NCBI GenBank assembly: GCA_022775045.1
Contig: JALFLB010000011.1
Coordinates: forward strand, 23,384-87,383
DNA from: Agathobacter sp.
GTDB lineage: Bacteria; Bacillota; Clostridia; Lachnospirales; Lachnospiraceae
Reading direction: 5' to 3'
Length of the DNA stretch: 64,000 nt
Shown: positions 8,962-20,028 of the stretch, in pieces
How positions within the stretch are numbered: position 1 is the first letter of the stretch
Layout: each line of letters opens with the position of its first letter
Notes under the pieces: generated by a model
Told to the model about the DNA's origin: nothing
Databases searched by the model: none
What the model saw: the letters and a program-made list of their open reading frames with translations, nothing else
Made by a program: the position numbers and the translations under genes

Positions 8962-11214
8962 ATGGTAGAAATGAAAGAATGGGATGGATTCGAAGGACGT
9001 CTTTGGAAAGAAGAAATTAATGTTCGTCAATTTATTCAGGATAATTATACCCCATATGATGGCAATGAGGAGTTTCTTGCCGGACCGACAGAGTCTACAA
9101 ATAAGTTGTGGGGAGCACTGCAGAAGCTGCAGAAAGAGGAGAGAGCCAAGGGCGGTGTTCTTGATATGGAGACAGAGGTTGTCAGCGGACTTACTGCATA
9201 TGGACCGGGATATATTGACGAGTCCATGAAAGATTTAGAGCAGGTGGTTGGTCTGCAGACAGATAAACCATTAAAGCGCGCATTTATGCCTTATGGTGGA
9301 ATCAAGATGGCAGAGGAGGCCTGTGAGACTTATGGTTATAAGGTAAACCCACAGCTGCATGAGATTTTCACTAAGTATCATAAGACACATAATACCGCCG
9401 TGTTTGATGCATATACACCGGAGATGTTAAAGGTGCGCCATAATAAGATCTTAACCGGGCTTCCGGATACATATGGACGTGGTCGTATTGTTGGTGACTA
9501 CCGCCGTGTTGCATTGTATGGAATTGATTTTTTGATTGAACAGAAGAAGAAGGATAAGGCACATTGTGGAAGCGGAAGCATGAAGGGTGAAGTAATCCGT
9601 TTAAGAGAAGAAATCGCAGAACAGATTAAGGCACTTCAGGGGATGAAGGAGATGGCCGCAATATATGGATACGATATTTCCAAGCCGGCAAAGAACGCAA
9701 AGGAAGCAATTCAGTGGTTATACTTCGGATATCTTGCAGCAATCAAGACCCAGAACGGTGCCGCAATGTCAGTAGGGCGTGTATCTACATTTCTTGATAT
9801 TTATTTTGAACGAGATCTTAAAAAGGGAATCATTACAGAGGCTGAAATTCAGGAACTGGTTGATCACTTTACCATGAAGCTTCGTATGGTGAAATTTGCA
9901 CGTATTCCTTCTTACAATCAGTTATTCTCCGGTGATCCGGTATGGGCAACGCTTGATGTGGCAGGAACCGGTGTGGATGGTCGTTCCATGGTAACAAAGA
10001 CCGATTTCCGTTTCCTTCACACACTTGAGAATATGGGTCCGGCTCCTGAGCCAAACCTGACAGTACTTTACTCATCAAGACTTCCGGAGAATTTCAAGAA
10101 GTATGCGTCAAGAATTTCCATTGAGACAAGCTCTGTTCAGTATGAGAACGATGATGCTATGAAGCCGGTATGGGGCGATGATTACGCAATCTGCTGTTGT
10201 GTATCTGCAACACAGACCGGTAAGGAGATGCAGTTCTTCGGTGCAAGAGCCAACCTTGCAAAGTGCCTGCTTTACGCAATCAATGGTGGAGTGGATGAGA
10301 AGACCGGTGAGCAGGTAGGTCCGAAATACCGTCCGATTACCTCTGAGTATCTGGATTATGATGAGGTAATGGAGCGTTACGATGATATGATGGAGTGGCT
10401 GGCAGATATTTACGTTAACACCCTGAATCTGATTCAGTATATGCATGATAAGTATTACTATGAGGCTGCTGAGCTTGCACTGATGGACACAGACTTAAAA
10501 AGAACTTTCGCAACTGGTATTGCAGGATTCTCACATGTAATCGATTCCCTTTCTGCAATCAAGTATGCCAAGGTAAAGGTAATCCGTGATGAGAACGGTC
10601 TGGCAAAGGATTATGAGGTTGAGGGAGATTTCCCACGCTACGGAAACGATGACGATCGTGCAGATGAGATTGGGGTATGGCTTCTTGGAACATTTATGGA
10701 TAAGATTAAGAGACATCACACCTACCGTCGTTCTGAGCCTACAACCTCCATCTTAACCATTACTTCCAACGTCGTATATGGTAAGGCAACCGGTGCTATG
10801 CCGGATGGACGTAAGGCTGGAGAACCATTGTCACCGGGCGCAAATCCAAGCTATGGTGCAGAGAAGAACGGACTTCTTGCATCTTTAAACTCTTTAACCA
10901 AGTTGCCGTATGAGTGGGCATTGGACGGTATTTCCAACACCCAGACCATCAACCCGGGAGCCCTTGGAAATGAAGAGGGAGAGAGAATTGATAATCTTGT
11001 TCAGGTTATGGACGGCTACTTTGATCAGGGGGCACATCACCTGAACGTTAATGTATTTGGCAAGGAGAAGCTGATTGATGCTATGGAGCATCCGGAGAAA
11101 GAGGAGTATGCAAACTTTACAATACGTGTATCCGGCTATGCAGTTAAGTTTATTGACCTGACCAAGGAACAGCAGTTGGATGTTATCGCAAGAACCTGCC
11201 ATGAGAGAATGTAA
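8962..11214 (+). CDS. pflB: Pyruvate formate-lyase
   Basis: [23 protein letters not shown] active-site cysteines and glycyl-radical motif IRVSGY. Confidence 0.97.
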   Translation: MVEMKEWDGFEGRLWKEEINVRQFIQDNYTPYDGNEEFLAGPTESTNKLWGALQKLQKEERAKGGVLDMETEVVSGLTAYGPGYIDESMKDLEQVVGLQTDKPLKRAFMPYGGIKMAEEACETYGYKVNPQLHEIFTKYHKTHNTAVFDAYTPEMLKVRHNKILTGLPDTYGRGRIVGDYRRVALYGIDFLIEQKKKDKAHCGSGSMKGEVIRLREEIAEQIKALQGMKEMAAIYGYDISKPAKNAKEAIQWLYFGYLAAIKTQNGAAMSVGRVSTFLDIYFERDLKKGIITEAEIQELVDHFTMKLRMVKFARIPSYNQLFSGDPVWATLDVAGTGVDGRSMVTKTDFRFLHTLENMGPAPEPNLTVLYSSRLPENFKKYASRISIETSSVQYENDDAMKPVWGDDYAICCCVSATQTGKEMQFFGARANLAKCLLYAINGGVDEKTGEQVGPKYRPITSEYLDYDEVMERYDDMMEWLADIYVNTLNLIQYMHDKYYYEAAELALMDTDLKRTFATGIAGFSHVIDSLSAIKYAKVKVIRDENGLAKDYEVEGDFPRYGNDDDRADEIGVWLLGTFMDKIKRHHTYRRSEPTTSILTITSNVVYGKATGAMPDGRKAGEPLSPGANPSYGAEKNGLLASLNSLTKLPYEWALDGISNTQTINPGALGNEEGERIDNLVQVMDGYFDQGAHHLNVNVFGKEKLIDAMEHPEKEEYANFTIRVSGYAVKFIDLTKEQQLDVIARTCHERM

Positions 11215-11971
11215 AGGTAATATTCATTCTGTGGAGAGCTTTGGTTCTGCTGACGGACCGGGCGTACGCTATATTGTATTCTTAAAGGGATGCAATATGC
11301 GCTGTCGGTACTGCCATAACCCGGATACCTGGGCAAAGGAGGGCGGCGAGCAGCTCACTCCGGAAGAGACACTGAAAAAAGCGCTCCGCTACAGGAATTA
11401 TTGGAAGAATAACGGCGGAATTACAGTGAGCGGTGGGGAAGCCCTGTTGCAGATTGATTTTGTGACCGAGCTGTTTCGCCTCGCAAAGGAAAAGGGCGTT
11501 CATACTTGTCTGGATACTTCGGGCAATCCTTTTACCAGAGAGGAGGCGTTTTATTCCAAATTTGAGGAACTGATGCAGGTGACGGATCTTTTTCTGCTGG
11601 ATATCAAGCATATTGATGATGACATGCATCGGAAACTGACGGGACAGACCAATGTGAATATTCTCGATATGGCACGCTGCCTGTCTGACTATGGAAAGGC
11701 AATGTGGATCCGGCATGTTCTCGTGCCTGGGTTTACCGATGATGAAGACCAGCTTCGCCGTTTGAGATCATTTATTGATACTTTGAAGACGGTCGAGCGT
11801 GTCGAAGTGCTTCCGTATCATACTCTGGGGGTATTCAAGTGGAAGGAACTGGGGATCCCATATACATTGGAAGAAGTGCAGCCTCCATCGGCTGAACAGA
11901 TTCGCAGAGCGAAAGAGCTGCTTGGTATCACTCATATAGGATCGTATCCAGGGCAGATGCAATATAATTAA
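11201..11971 (+). CDS. pflA: Pyruvate formate-lyase activating enzyme (radical SAM)
   Basis: [26 protein letters not shown] and [11 protein letters not shown]; the start overlaps the pflB end. Confidence 0.96.
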   Translation: MRECKGNIHSVESFGSADGPGVRYIVFLKGCNMRCRYCHNPDTWAKEGGEQLTPEETLKKALRYRNYWKNNGGITVSGGEALLQIDFVTELFRLAKEKGVHTCLDTSGNPFTREEAFYSKFEELMQVTDLFLLDIKHIDDDMHRKLTGQTNVNILDMARCLSDYGKAMWIRHVLVPGFTDDEDQLRRLRSFIDTLKTVERVEVLPYHTLGVFKWKELGIPYTLEEVQPPSAEQIRRAKELLGITHIGSYPGQMQYN

Positions 11972-12030
11972 GGCAGAGTTTCGCAATTAGTTACCAAAAT
12001 ATATTGACGAGAAAAGAGGAGAACGGTATC

Positions 12031-12738
12031 ATGCAGGAACCTGAAATTATATATGAGGATGATGCATTGATTGTCTGTTACAAGCCGGCGGGGATTGCAA
12101 CGCAGACGAGAAAGATTGGACAAAAGGATATGGAGAGCATACTGAGGAATCATGTCGCTCTTGCTGGCCGAAAGACCGGCAGGAGCGTTCCTGCGTTTAT
12201 TGGGCTGGTTCACAGACTTGATCAGCCGGTGGAGGGCGTTATGGTGTTTGCAAAGACAAAGAAAGCCGCAGCTGGGCTATCCGAGCAGGTAATGCGGCGG
12301 GAAATCGGGAAAAAATATTACGCATTGGTGCAACTGCCAGATGTGAAGAGGTCATTTGGGGAGGTAACAGGACTGCCGGAAGAGGGAACTTTACGTCACT
12401 TTATCCTTTCGGATTCGCAAACAAATCTGTCTCGGATTGTTCCGGAGAAAACGAAGGGCGCGAAGGAGGCAAAGCTTGATTATGCACTGATTGCAGAGCG
12501 TGAAGGAAGCGCACTTTTAGATATTACACTACACACCGGAAGACATCATCAGATTCGCGCGCAGCTGTCTCATATCGGTACACCAATTTGGGGAGACGCG
12601 AAATATGGTAAGTCAGAGTCGGGACAATTGGCACTCTGCTCATACTACATATCATTTTTACATCCAGATAATGGAGAAAGGATGGTTTATGAAATAAGGC
12701 CTCATAATCTACAGATGATTCCATTTCTAAATATTTGA
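12031..12738 (+). CDS. RluA-family pseudouridine synthase
   Basis: YKPAG, VHRLDQPVEG (catalytic Asp), TGRHHQIR and PIWGDAKYG. Confidence 0.92.
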   Translation: MQEPEIIYEDDALIVCYKPAGIATQTRKIGQKDMESILRNHVALAGRKTGRSVPAFIGLVHRLDQPVEGVMVFAKTKKAAAGLSEQVMRREIGKKYYALVQLPDVKRSFGEVTGLPEEGTLRHFILSDSQTNLSRIVPEKTKGAKEAKLDYALIAEREGSALLDITLHTGRHHQIRAQLSHIGTPIWGDAKYGKSESGQLALCSYYISFLHPDNGERMVYEIRPHNLQMIPFLNI

Positions 12739-12745
12739 AAATGAC

Positions 12746-12782
12746 GCCAAACCTTGACAAGATTGTGGGTTTGGCATACTAT
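12746..12782 (+). promoter_or_regulatory. SigA promoter of proS with an inverted repeat flanking the -35
   Basis: TTGACA (12754-12759), 17 bp, TACTAT (12777-12782); GCCAAACC (12746-12753) and GGTTTGGC (12768-12775). Confidence 0.6.
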
Positions 12783-12854
12783 ATATTCGAGGATTTTCGC
12801 GATGCTATATGAATAAACAATAGCTGGACGAAAGCAGGAGAAAAGGAGAAAAAT

Positions 12855-14294
12855 ATGGCCAAGGAGAAAAAACTTGTTGAAGCCATTACTTCCATGGAGG
12901 AAGATTTTGCACAATGGTATACGGATGTTGTAAAAAAGGCAGAACTGATTGATTATTCAGCAGTGAAGGGATGTATGATCATCAAGCCTGACGGGTATGC
13001 CATTTGGGAAAATATACAGCATGAATTGGACCGCAGATTTAAGGAGACCGGTGTAGAGAATGTCTATATGCCGATGTTTATTCCGGAAAGCCTTCTGGAG
13101 AAGGAGAAGGATCATGTGGAGGGCTTTGCACCGGAGGTCGCATGGGTGACTTACGGCGGGCTCAATCCTCTTCAGGAGAGATTGTGTGTCAGACCGACTT
13201 CAGAGACACTTTTCTGCGATTTTTATAAGAATCTGATTCAGTCTTATCGGGATCTGCCTAAGGTTTATAATCAGTGGTGTTCTGTTGTCAGATGGGAGAA
13301 AGAGACCCGTCCGTTCCTGCGTTCGAGAGAGTTTTTGTGGCAGGAGGGACATACCGCTCACGCAACTGCCGAGGAAGCGGAGGAACGTACCGTACAGATG
13401 CTGAATCTATACGCAGACTTTTGTGAGGATTTTCTTGCAATGCCTGTTATCAAAGGAAGAAAGACTGATAAGGAAAAATTTGCCGGTGCGGAAGCTACTT
13501 ACACAATTGAAGCTTTGATGCATGATGGTAAGGCTTTGCAATCCGGAACCAGCCACAATTTTGGAGATGGATTTGCAAAGGCGTTTGGTATTCAGTACAC
13601 GGATAAGGAAAATAAGCTTCAATATGTTTATCAGACCTCATGGGGTGTGACAACCCGTTTGATCGGTGCGATTATTATGGTGCATGGAGATGATTCCGGT
13701 CTGGTACTGCCACCTAAGGTTGCTCCGACACAGGTGATGGTGATTCCAATCCAGATGCAGAAAGAGGGCGTTCTGGATAAAGCGAGTGAAGTGAGAGAGA
13801 GACTTGGCAAAGTATGCCGTGCGAAGATGGATGACTCGGATAAGAGTCCGGGATGGAAATTCTCTGAGCAGGAGATGAGGGGAATTCCGCTTCGCGTGGA
13901 GCTGGGACCAAAGGATATCGCAGAGAATAAGTGTGTTGTCGTCCGCAGAGATACCAGAGAGAAGATTGAGGTTTCTCTGGATGAGCTGGAAAGCAGGATT
14001 CCGGAGATTCTGGGTACGATGCAGAAGGAAATGTTCGAACGGGCAAAGGCACACCGGGATGCTCATATTTGGGATGCTCACGACTATGCAGAGTTCCGTG
14101 AGATTGCAGAGAATAAGCCTGGATTTATCCGGGCAATGTGGTGTGGAGAGCAGGCGTGTGAGGATAAAATTAAAGAGGATTTGTCGGTGACTTCACGTTG
14201 TTTGCCATTTCATGATCAGGAACAGATTTCAGATGTATGTGTCTGTTGTGGGAAGCCGGCACACAAATTAGTATATTGGGGGAAAGCATACTAA
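12855..14294 (+). CDS. proS: Proline--tRNA ligase (archaeal/eukaryotic type)
   Basis: [36 protein letters not shown] and C-terminal Zn-binding CVCCG. Confidence 0.97.
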   Translation: MAKEKKLVEAITSMEEDFAQWYTDVVKKAELIDYSAVKGCMIIKPDGYAIWENIQHELDRRFKETGVENVYMPMFIPESLLEKEKDHVEGFAPEVAWVTYGGLNPLQERLCVRPTSETLFCDFYKNLIQSYRDLPKVYNQWCSVVRWEKETRPFLRSREFLWQEGHTAHATAEEAEERTVQMLNLYADFCEDFLAMPVIKGRKTDKEKFAGAEATYTIEALMHDGKALQSGTSHNFGDGFAKAFGIQYTDKENKLQYVYQTSWGVTTRLIGAIIMVHGDDSGLVLPPKVAPTQVMVIPIQMQKEGVLDKASEVRERLGKVCRAKMDDSDKSPGWKFSEQEMRGIPLRVELGPKDIAENKCVVVRRDTREKIEVSLDELESRIPEILGTMQKEMFERAKAHRDAHIWDAHDYAEFREIAENKPGFIRAMWCGEQACEDKIKEDLSVTSRCLPFHDQEQISDVCVCCGKPAHKLVYWGKAY

Positions 14295-14343
14295 TCAGGA
14301 GCGGTGTTCATAAAGATTGTGGACGAAGCAGGGGGGATAGGCC

Positions 14344-17300
14344 ATGATTGATAAGTATTATAATGGAGTCATAGACCAGGTATACAGCCGGATTGGAAAG
14401 GCAGAACGAAACATTGTTATGGCAAGCTATAACAATGATTTCTGTCTTGCTGATCTGGAAAATATCAAACGTTATCAGCAACAGGAGGATAACGTTTTTT
14501 TTGCTTGGCATGAGTTTGGGTATGGGGCTATTGCAGGGGCATACGAGCCTTTTCTGGATACAGTGTGCAATATGTATCATAAGTACAGGAAGGAGAATTT
14601 TGAGGATTTTCTTTCGGAGTGCAATGTCTATCAACTTCATCGACAGGTGTTGCTCAGCTATTATGAAAGTGGCTGCTGTTGCAGGGATGAGAGTGTGTTG
14701 TTGAATGAGGTAGAATATGAACAGCATCGTATGACGGAGGCAATTGCAAGAATGCTCACGTTGTTGGCTGATGAGCATCCGCTTGTGATCGTGATCAATC
14801 GTTTTCAACTGGCAAGCCGCAGTACAATGGAGCTAGTCTGTCGGTTGCTTTCGAATCCATCAAAAAATATCGGACTGGTGCTTGGTGTTAATGAGATGCA
14901 GCCACGGAGGGAGTCTGCTTCTGAGGTATGGAACTGTATTCTTGAACGGCTGGAGGATAACAGTCAGATTTATCATATCGGCAGTTCCGGCAAGCGCAGG
15001 GCACAGGATAATCTTGCAGAGCTGGATGAAGATTATTTTACAAGTGAAAGTTATGTCAAGACATTTGTCAAGCTGGAAAAGATTGCTGCTTTTTTGGATT
15101 ATGATGAGGTGGAAGGTTATTGCCAGGATATTGAGCATAAGATTAAGTTTGAGGATACGCCAATGGAAGAGAGAATTAAGAGGGATTTTTATCTTCTGTA
15201 TGCGCAGGCATCCATTTTGCTTGGGGAACTTCCCAAGGCGTTGGAACTGATTGCGGAAGTACAGCGTATGAATCTTCCGGATGAGAAGCATTTCTATCGT
15301 TTGCAGTGTGCCTTTTTGAAAGCAACTTGTCTGATGTATCAGGGAAAACTGGACAAGGCAGAGAAGTATGCGCGTATTGCGAGCAGCGAGGCGGAAGCGA
15401 ATGGGGACGAGAAAGAGATCTTTCGGGCAGAGCTTCTTGCTGTGGTGGCCCGGATGTCCGGCTGGTATAATATCTTTTTTTGTGTGCAGGATATTCCGAT
15501 TGCCGAAAGTCTTGTGGAAAAACTGATGAAGTATAACTACAAGAATCATCTGGCACATATTTATATTTATGCATATGATAACCGTCCTGAGGTTGTGGCG
15601 AAGTCCTATCGTTCGGAGGCTGCGCTGTTCTATTTCAGCAAAGGTGTTGAGATGGCGAAGGAAATCGGTAATGAGCAGCTGGTTCGCGATGCATATCAGA
15701 AGAATATTATGCTTGCCTCCACGAATGGAATGAATGAGATTGCGCTGCTGTATTCTACACGTTCTTACCAGTTTATGAAAGCGAAAACAGGAATCGATGC
15801 GGCGAGAATTATTTCGGGAATCGGGTATAATCTGAGTGCACTTGGGAAGCATTTAGAAGCAGAGGCCTGTTATAATCGATGCATTGAAATGATTTATCCA
15901 TTGCGGGCGCCGGAGGATATAGCGGAGGTATATTATAATCGTGCATTAAACTATATTGCTCTGGAAAAGTATGCTCTGGCAGAGCATGATCTTCAGATTG
16001 CGATGAAGGCAATTGAAAAGCTGCATTTGAATAGTCTTCGTGTATGTAATCTTTCAAAATTATATGGTCTGCTTGCACTCTCCTGCATTTTGCAGAAAGA
16101 TCGGTTTAATTGTGAACGGTATCTGTTGAGCTGTCGTCAGTTTTTAAATTATATTATTGAAAAAGAACTGGGGAATCAGAACGCGGAGGTCATCCATGAT
16201 TATGCCAAGTGTGATGATGATATGTTTCTCTACACGTTTTCACTTGCACTTCTGAACAGGATGGATGGCGACGATGAAGAGGCATTGGCAAATTTTGAGA
16301 AAGCAGAAAAACTCCTTCTGCAGGCAGAGGGAAATCAATACTACAGTTATCGCATTTTCAGGCAGGAGAGGATGAAACTGTTTCAGAAGCTTGGCAAAAT
16401 GGAACGCTATGAGAGAGAGAAGGTATTGCTGGACCAGCATGAAGAGATGAATCGCCAATTTGCGCAGACACAGCCGAATGAGATCCTGAAGGAGGCTGAA
16501 GTTGAGGTCGCTTTTGGTGAATGCAGGATTTCAGACGAGGAAATTGAGGCTTTGATCAAACAGGAGGGTGTGGCAAAGGATTATGCAAACTCCAAGCATC
16601 AGATGGAGTTTATCTCAACATGGCAGAAATTGATCGATGTCAGTGATATGAATATTATCGATATGGTGGAGAACGCCATTCGAACCTTCAGCAATCATTT
16701 CAGTCTGGACTGTACTTTGTACATCTGCTTCAATGATAATACCCCGCATGTGCTTTACGATGATACAGGGCGGGAAATGACGGATGAGGTGTTGCGTGGA
16801 ATCCAGAATGCCATGAAAGAATATCCGCAGGGATTTGCAGTGTCAAAAATCAGTGACAGCTTTTTGGAACATCAGAGTGTGATTTCCTTTTTTGGGACGG
16901 ATGATGTTTGTTCCTTTGTTGCGGTTCCATTCATCAAGAACAGCAAGATGACAAGCTTGCTGATTACTTATGTGCGGATGAAGGATAATTGGCACGGCTC
17001 GATTGAACGTTATATGCTGAATGAAGACGACTTGAGCATTTACAGGCTTCTGTTCCGCGAGATGGAGTATTCCATTAACCGTATGGAGGCAAATCAGAAG
17101 GTTTATATAGCAAACAGACAGCTTCAGGCGGCTGCTGTGACGGATATGCTGACGGGAATTTATAATCGTGCCGGAATGTATGAGGAGGTCCATCAGATGG
17201 CGGAGCGAATCAGTGCTTCCGGTAAGCCGCAGAAGACAGGACTGATGTTCATTGATTTGGATAATTTTAAGCATTATAACGATACCTATGGGCATGAGGT

Positions 17301-17670
17301 GGGAGATATCATTCTTAAGGAGATGGCATCAATTTTTGAACATGTATCTTCTGAAAAAGGGTTTGTAAGCCGTTTTGGCGGGGATGAGTTTATCATTATT
17401 CTCAATACAGATGACAAAGCAGAACTGGAAGCGATTGCCAGGGAAATTTATCGGAATATTGAGGAAACAAATGGCTTCAAGGATGAAATTGAGAAGTATA
17501 TGGGACATCCGGTGGAGATGGATGAGAGCCGGTTGGTTACCTGTTCAATCGGAATTGCACGAGCAGGGGATGTCAGAGTTGAGGAGGATATTAATCGGTT
17601 GATCCGCAAGGCGGATGATATGCTTTATACAGTAAAGACAGGACAAAAGGGACATTACGCTTTCTTATGA
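14344..17670 (+). CDS. Large diguanylate cyclase: degenerate ATPase-like N-terminus, TPR-like helical repeats, GAF-like region, GGDEF domain
   Basis: C-terminal TDMLTGIYNR, FIDLDNFKHYNDTYGHEVGD, SRFGGDEF and RKADDMLY; helical repeats in the middle. Confidence 0.85.
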   Translation: MIDKYYNGVIDQVYSRIGKAERNIVMASYNNDFCLADLENIKRYQQQEDNVFFAWHEFGYGAIAGAYEPFLDTVCNMYHKYRKENFEDFLSECNVYQLHRQVLLSYYESGCCCRDESVLLNEVEYEQHRMTEAIARMLTLLADEHPLVIVINRFQLASRSTMELVCRLLSNPSKNIGLVLGVNEMQPRRESASEVWNCILERLEDNSQIYHIGSSGKRRAQDNLAELDEDYFTSESYVKTFVKLEKIAAFLDYDEVEGYCQDIEHKIKFEDTPMEERIKRDFYLLYAQASILLGELPKALELIAEVQRMNLPDEKHFYRLQCAFLKATCLMYQGKLDKAEKYARIASSEAEANGDEKEIFRAELLAVVARMSGWYNIFFCVQDIPIAESLVEKLMKYNYKNHLAHIYIYAYDNRPEVVAKSYRSEAALFYFSKGVEMAKEIGNEQLVRDAYQKNIMLASTNGMNEIALLYSTRSYQFMKAKTGIDAARIISGIGYNLSALGKHLEAEACYNRCIEMIYPLRAPEDIAEVYYNRALNYIALEKYALAEHDLQIAMKAIEKLHLNSLRVCNLSKLYGLLALSCILQKDRFNCERYLLSCRQFLNYIIEKELGNQNAEVIHDYAKCDDDMFLYTFSLALLNRMDGDDEEALANFEKAEKLLLQAEGNQYYSYRIFRQERMKLFQKLGKMERYEREKVLLDQHEEMNRQFAQTQPNEILKEAEVEVAFGECRISDEEIEALIKQEGVAKDYANSKHQMEFISTWQKLIDVSDMNIIDMVENAIRTFSNHFSLDCTLYICFNDNTPHVLYDDTGREMTDEVLRGIQNAMKEYPQGFAVSKISDSFLEHQSVISFFGTDDVCSFVAVPFIKNSKMTSLLITYVRMKDNWHGSIERYMLNEDDLSIYRLLFREMEYSINRMEANQKVYIANRQLQAAAVTDMLTGIYNRAGMYEEVHQMAERISASGKPQKTGLMFIDLDNFKHYNDTYGHEVGDIILKEMASIFEHVSSEKGFVSRFGGDEFIIILNTDDKAELEAIAREIYRNIEETNGFKDEIEKYMGHPVEMDESRLVTCSIGIARAGDVRVEEDINRLIRKADDMLYTVKTGQKGHYAFL

Positions 17671-19007
17671 AAATAAAACTTCCGAAACAGGTTAATCAAA
17701 TTATTCATACGCTGAAACAGAATGGCTATGACGCATATGCTGTTGGAGGATGTGTCAGGGATACTCTTTTAGGACGCAGCCCGATGGACTGGGATATTAC
17801 CACTTCCGCTCTTCCGCAACAGGTAAAAAGACTCTTTTCCCACACGATTGATACTGGAATCCAGCACGGAACGGTGACAGTCATGCTGGATTATGAGGGG
17901 TACGAGGTCACGACTTATCGGATTGACGGGGAATATGAGGATGCACGTCATCCCAGGGAAGTGATTTTTACCGGAAATCTGGTGGAAGATCTAAAACGCC
18001 GTGACTTTACAATCAATGCGATGGCATATAATGATGAGTCAGGGCTTGTGGATGCATTTGATGGAATCGGAGATCTGCACAAAGGTGTTATTCGTTGTGT
18101 GGGAAATCCTAATGATCGTTTTCAGGAGGACGCACTTCGCATGCTGCGGGCTCTTCGCTTTGCCGCACAGTTGGGATTTTCAATAGAAAAAGAAACGAAA
18201 GCTGCAATTTCGGAGCTTTCCGGGAATCTGGCGAAGGTAAGCGCTGAGCGGATTCAGATGGAGCTGGTCAAGCTTCTGACTTCGGATCATCCACAGGAAA
18301 TCCGTACAGTGTATGAGCTTGGATTGAGCAGGATTTTTCTGCCGGAATTTGACCGGATGATGGAAACCCCACAGAAGAATAAACACCACAGCTATTCTGT
18401 TGGAGAACATACCGTTCACACGTTGCAGGAGATCGAACCGGATAAGGTCCTTCGTCTTACGATGCTGCTTCATGATGTGGCAAAACCGGTATGTATCACC
18501 TGCGATAACCAAGGACAGAATCATTTTAAGGGGCATCCGGCAGAAGGCGCGGTTATGGCACGGGAAATTCTGCGCCGCCTGAAATTTGATAATGATACCA
18601 TAGACCGAGTGTGTTGTCTGATTCGTTATCATGACGATCGGCCGGAGCTGAATCCGCGCAATGTGCGTCGTGCAATGAGCCGGATCAAAATAGAGAATAT
18701 GGAGGCTCTTTTCGCTGTAAAACGTGCAGATACGCTGGGACAAAGTCTGTATCACAGAGAAGAGAAGCTGAAATATATTGATACCTATGAAAGAATGTAT
18801 CGGGAAATTTTGGAACAGGAACAATGCGTACAGAAAAAAGATTTGGCCATTAATGGACGTGATCTTATTGCAATGGGCATGAAACCGGGCAAGGGTCTGG
18901 GGAATGTGCTGGATGCATTGTTTGAGGAAGTACTCGATCATCCGGAATTGAATACAAGGGAGCGCTTATTGGAACTGGCGCATAATTTGACCACCCGTCT
19001 CATATGA
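17667..19007 (+). CDS. cca: CCA tRNA nucleotidyltransferase with HD domain
   Basis: VGGCVRD, DWDITT, RRDFTINA, EDALRMLRALRF and HT...LLHDVAK. Confidence 0.93.
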   Translation: MKIKLPKQVNQIIHTLKQNGYDAYAVGGCVRDTLLGRSPMDWDITTSALPQQVKRLFSHTIDTGIQHGTVTVMLDYEGYEVTTYRIDGEYEDARHPREVIFTGNLVEDLKRRDFTINAMAYNDESGLVDAFDGIGDLHKGVIRCVGNPNDRFQEDALRMLRALRFAAQLGFSIEKETKAAISELSGNLAKVSAERIQMELVKLLTSDHPQEIRTVYELGLSRIFLPEFDRMMETPQKNKHHSYSVGEHTVHTLQEIEPDKVLRLTMLLHDVAKPVCITCDNQGQNHFKGHPAEGAVMAREILRRLKFDNDTIDRVCCLIRYHDDRPELNPRNVRRAMSRIKIENMEALFAVKRADTLGQSLYHREEKLKYIDTYERMYREILEQEQCVQKKDLAINGRDLIAMGMKPGKGLGNVLDALFEEVLDHPELNTRERLLELAHNLTTRLI

Positions 19008-19045
19008 TAGGAACACAGTGAAGTCATATGGGAGGGGTTATTTTG
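18981..19045 (+). promoter_or_regulatory. SigE-type promoter plus RBS-masking hairpin of the CotS-like gene
   Basis: ATA (18982-18984), 16 bp, CATATGAT (19001-19008). Left arm 18994-19007 pairs with 19024-19037, which contains the GGAGGGG RBS. Confidence 0.65.
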
Positions 19046-20023
19046 TATAATCAGCCGGAAACGATTTTGGAGCAATACGACTTGGAAATAAAGCAGATTA
19101 CAAAGGGAAGAGGGGCATATATCTGTGACAGCAATCAAGGTATGAAGCTTTTGATGCCCTTCCGAGGCTCAAAGGAACGTGCTGCTTTTTTGTGTGAGAT
19201 ATTGAGGGATTTGAAAAGCAGGGGCATTGTTGTTGAGCAGGTTTGCATGACAAAAGAAGGGGAGGCTGTTGCATCGGATGAAACAGGCACACGTTACTGG
19301 CTGAAGGATCTCATTGCGGGCAGTGAGTGCAGTACGAGCCGGGAGGCTGATATGATGGGGGCGCTTGGACAGTTGGCCGGACTGCATCGAGCACTTGCTG
19401 CATGTTCGCTTCCGGTTCCGGATTTTATGAAAAATGAACGCAACGAACCAGAGAATATGTATGAGAGACATTATCGGGAATTGATCAAGGTAAAGAACTA
19501 TGTACATACAAGAAAAACCAAGAATGCGTTTGAATATCGATTTGGTGAGCAGTATCCACATTACATCGCGGAAGCAGAGGAAGCACTTGCACTTTTAAAT
19601 CGTCTGAATCAGAGGAGTCTGGATAAGACTGGAAAGCTGTGCCATGGAGATTTTAATCAGCATAATGTTGTGCGGACAGCGGAAGGGTTTTGTATTGTAA
19701 ATTTCGAGAATCTGTGCTGTAATGCCTCTGTGGTGGATCTGGCAAACTTCATTCGCAAGATGATGGAGAAAAATAATTGGGAATCGAGACTGGGAATCCG
19801 TCTGGTGCAGGCATATGATCGGAAACGCCCACTCTCAGAATCGGAGAGACAGCTTTTATATATTCTGTTACTTTTCCCGGAAAAATTCTGGAAAATATCC
19901 AATCATTACAGCAATACACATAAAGCCTGGGTGTCCCAGCGTGATATTGACAAATTGAACCACATGGTTGAAATTGAGCCGGCCCGTGTAAGCTTTTTGC
20001 AAAATTTATTTTCATTCCTTTAA
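19043..20023 (+). CDS. CotS-family spore coat kinase-like protein
   Basis: LCHGDFNQHNV kinase-like motif, LLFPEKFWKISNHY and typical CotS architecture. Start placed at TTG 19043 behind the RBS (the ORF track uses ATG 19028). Confidence 0.82.
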   Translation: MYNQPETILEQYDLEIKQITKGRGAYICDSNQGMKLLMPFRGSKERAAFLCEILRDLKSRGIVVEQVCMTKEGEAVASDETGTRYWLKDLIAGSECSTSREADMMGALGQLAGLHRALAACSLPVPDFMKNERNEPENMYERHYRELIKVKNYVHTRKTKNAFEYRFGEQYPHYIAEAEEALALLNRLNQRSLDKTGKLCHGDFNQHNVVRTAEGFCIVNFENLCCNASVVDLANFIRKMMEKNNWESRLGIRLVQAYDRKRPLSESERQLLYILLLFPEKFWKISNHYSNTHKAWVSQRDIDKLNHMVEIEPARVSFLQNLFSFL

Positions 20024-20028
20024 GAATC

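Noticed and set aside
14860-15852. 330-aa antisense ORF (also 18180-18941, 25247-26002, 58310-58945, 61813-62451 and similar)
   Set aside because: Each lies fully opposite a well-supported gene and has no motif or RBS; these are shadow ORFs.
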